A DNA stretch of 64,000 bases from a candidate division FCPU426 bacterium (GTDB lineage Bacteria > Oederibacteriota > Muellerivitia > Muellerivitales > Muellerivitaceae), in NCBI GenBank assembly GCA_963796105.1, contig CAWCKJ010000003.1:32001-96000 (forward strand), given 5' to 3'. Position numbers and translations under genes: made by a program. Position 1 is the stretch's first letter. Every line of letters begins with the position of its first letter. Shown here piece by piece: positions 62,997 to 64,000 of the stretch. Under the pieces are notes generated by a model, which made no database searches, had not been told where the DNA came from, and saw only the letters and a program-made list of their open reading frames with translations.

Positions 62997-64000
62997 ATGG
63001 CTTTGACGGGATTACAAATCAACAAGCTCCTTCCGGGGACGAACTGCAAGGATTGCGGTTCATCCACCTGCCTGGCCTTTGCCATGAAGATGGCGTCCAA
63101 GAAGGCCGAGATCGCCCAATGCCCCCATGCCTCGGAAGAGGCCAAGAAGACCCTGGGCGCGGCCTCGGAGCCGCCGGTTAAGTCGCTCGCCGCGGGTGCG
63201 AACGGGGAAGTGAAACTGGGTGGGGAAACAGTGCTATACCGGCACGAAAAGACATTTGTGAGCCCCACCTCCCTGGCCGTGAACCTGGACGCTTCCGAGA
63301 ATACCGCATCCCTGGACCGTAAACTCATTCAATTAAGGGATTACAAGCTTGATCGGGTGGGTGAAACTTTCCGCTTGGATATGGTGGGAATAACACAGGG
63401 AAAAGCCACTTCAGAAGCCTTTATAACCCTTGTCCGCAAAGCCTGGGAAATAACAAAGAAGCCCCTAGCGATTAAGAGTTCCGATCCTGGCGCAATGGCA
63501 AAGGCCGCCGAGGCAGTCAAGGGTTCTCGAAGCATCCTGGCTTCGGCATCTGCCGATAAAGTGGAAATGATGGTAAAGGCCGCGTCGGAGAACGGGCATC
63601 TCCTTGCTGTGACCGGCCCGGATTTGGATTCCATCGCGGCTTTAACCGCGAAGATTAAAGCCGGCGGGTTTAATGACCTTCTCTTGGAATTTCCTCACAA
63701 CGGTTTGCGGGATGAATTTCTGATGAATAGTATTTCCAGGCGTTCGGCCCTATTGGGGGATGTCAAACCCATGGGTTATCCTTTCTTGCGGTTCCTGTCC
63801 GGCGACCTGGCTGAAACTACCGTGGCGGCTGTCACCGAAATCGCCAAGTACGGTGGGATCGTGGTCCTGCCGGAATTCGACCCGGCCCAGCTATCGACCT
63901 TGATGACCTTGCGTTTGAACATCTTTACCGACCCTCAAAAACCCATCCAGGTCGAGCCCAAGGTCTATCCCATCGGCGAACCCAAGCGGAACTCGCCTGT
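62997..64000 (+). CDS. acsC: Corrinoid Fe-S protein large subunit, 3'-truncated (absent from the ORF track)
   Basis: MALTGLQINKLLPGTNCKDCGSSTCLAFA...CP, LYRHEKTF and LRLNIFTDPQKPIQV are in frame to the window end. Confidence 0.93.
   Translation, partial: MALTGLQINKLLPGTNCKDCGSSTCLAFAMKMASKKAEIAQCPHASEEAKKTLGAASEPPVKSLAAGANGEVKLGGETVLYRHEKTFVSPTSLAVNLDASENTASLDRKLIQLRDYKLDRVGETFRLDMVGITQGKATSEAFITLVRKAWEITKKPLAIKSSDPGAMAKAAEAVKGSRSILASASADKVEMMVKAASENGHLLAVTGPDLDSIAALTAKIKAGGFNDLLLEFPHNGLRDEFLMNSISRRSALLGDVKPMGYPFLRFLSGDLAETTVAAVTEIAKYGGIVVLPEFDPAQLSTLMTLRLNIFTDPQKPIQVEPKVYPIGEPKRNSP

Overview
This is a 64-kb chromosomal window from a bacterium, probably anaerobic. The 16S sequence is divergent. 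Together with the Thr/Pro-linker secreted enzyme carrying a 'PNP...YTTAFRK' C-terminal domain, it suggests an uncultured lineage such as FCPU426 or a relative; this is inference and needs a 16S search. Contents in order: (1) a 5'-truncated modular GH12 endoglucanase and an SGNH lipoprotein; (2) a non-coding 12-unit array with a 14-bp core and alternating 7/8-bp spacers; (3) housekeeping genes (cyclophilin, MarC, NAD kinase, adk, GlgX-like isoamylase); (4) a candidate sphingolipid trio (Spt, bCerS-like GNAT, divergent NAD-dependent reductase); (5) tRNA-Leu and a full rRNA operon (16S-Ile-Ala-23S-5S); (6) 2-oxoacid:ferredoxin oxidoreductase; (7) two IS1595-family elements nested one inside the other, with both 8-bp target duplications intact; (8) a large glycosylation locus (PMT-like/DUF2298 fusion, DUF2298, two NHL proteins, polyprenol-phosphate-mannose synthase); (9) tRNA-Glu followed by 144-bp repeats; (10) the start of a Wood-Ljungdahl cluster (MesB-like methionine synthase, two CooC, CooS, an AcsB-AcsD fusion, partial AcsC). 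The strongest unexplained signals are these. A homologous structured element with compensatory base changes follows both tRNA-Leu and tRNA-Glu and is bracketed by host-tRNA-derived sequence. The 21/22-bp phased array has no obvious partner gene. A dispersed CACCACAG/CTGTGGTG intergenic element family occurs at nine or more loci. AcsB and AcsD are fused in one ORF. All assignments come from reading motifs by eye; no searches were run.
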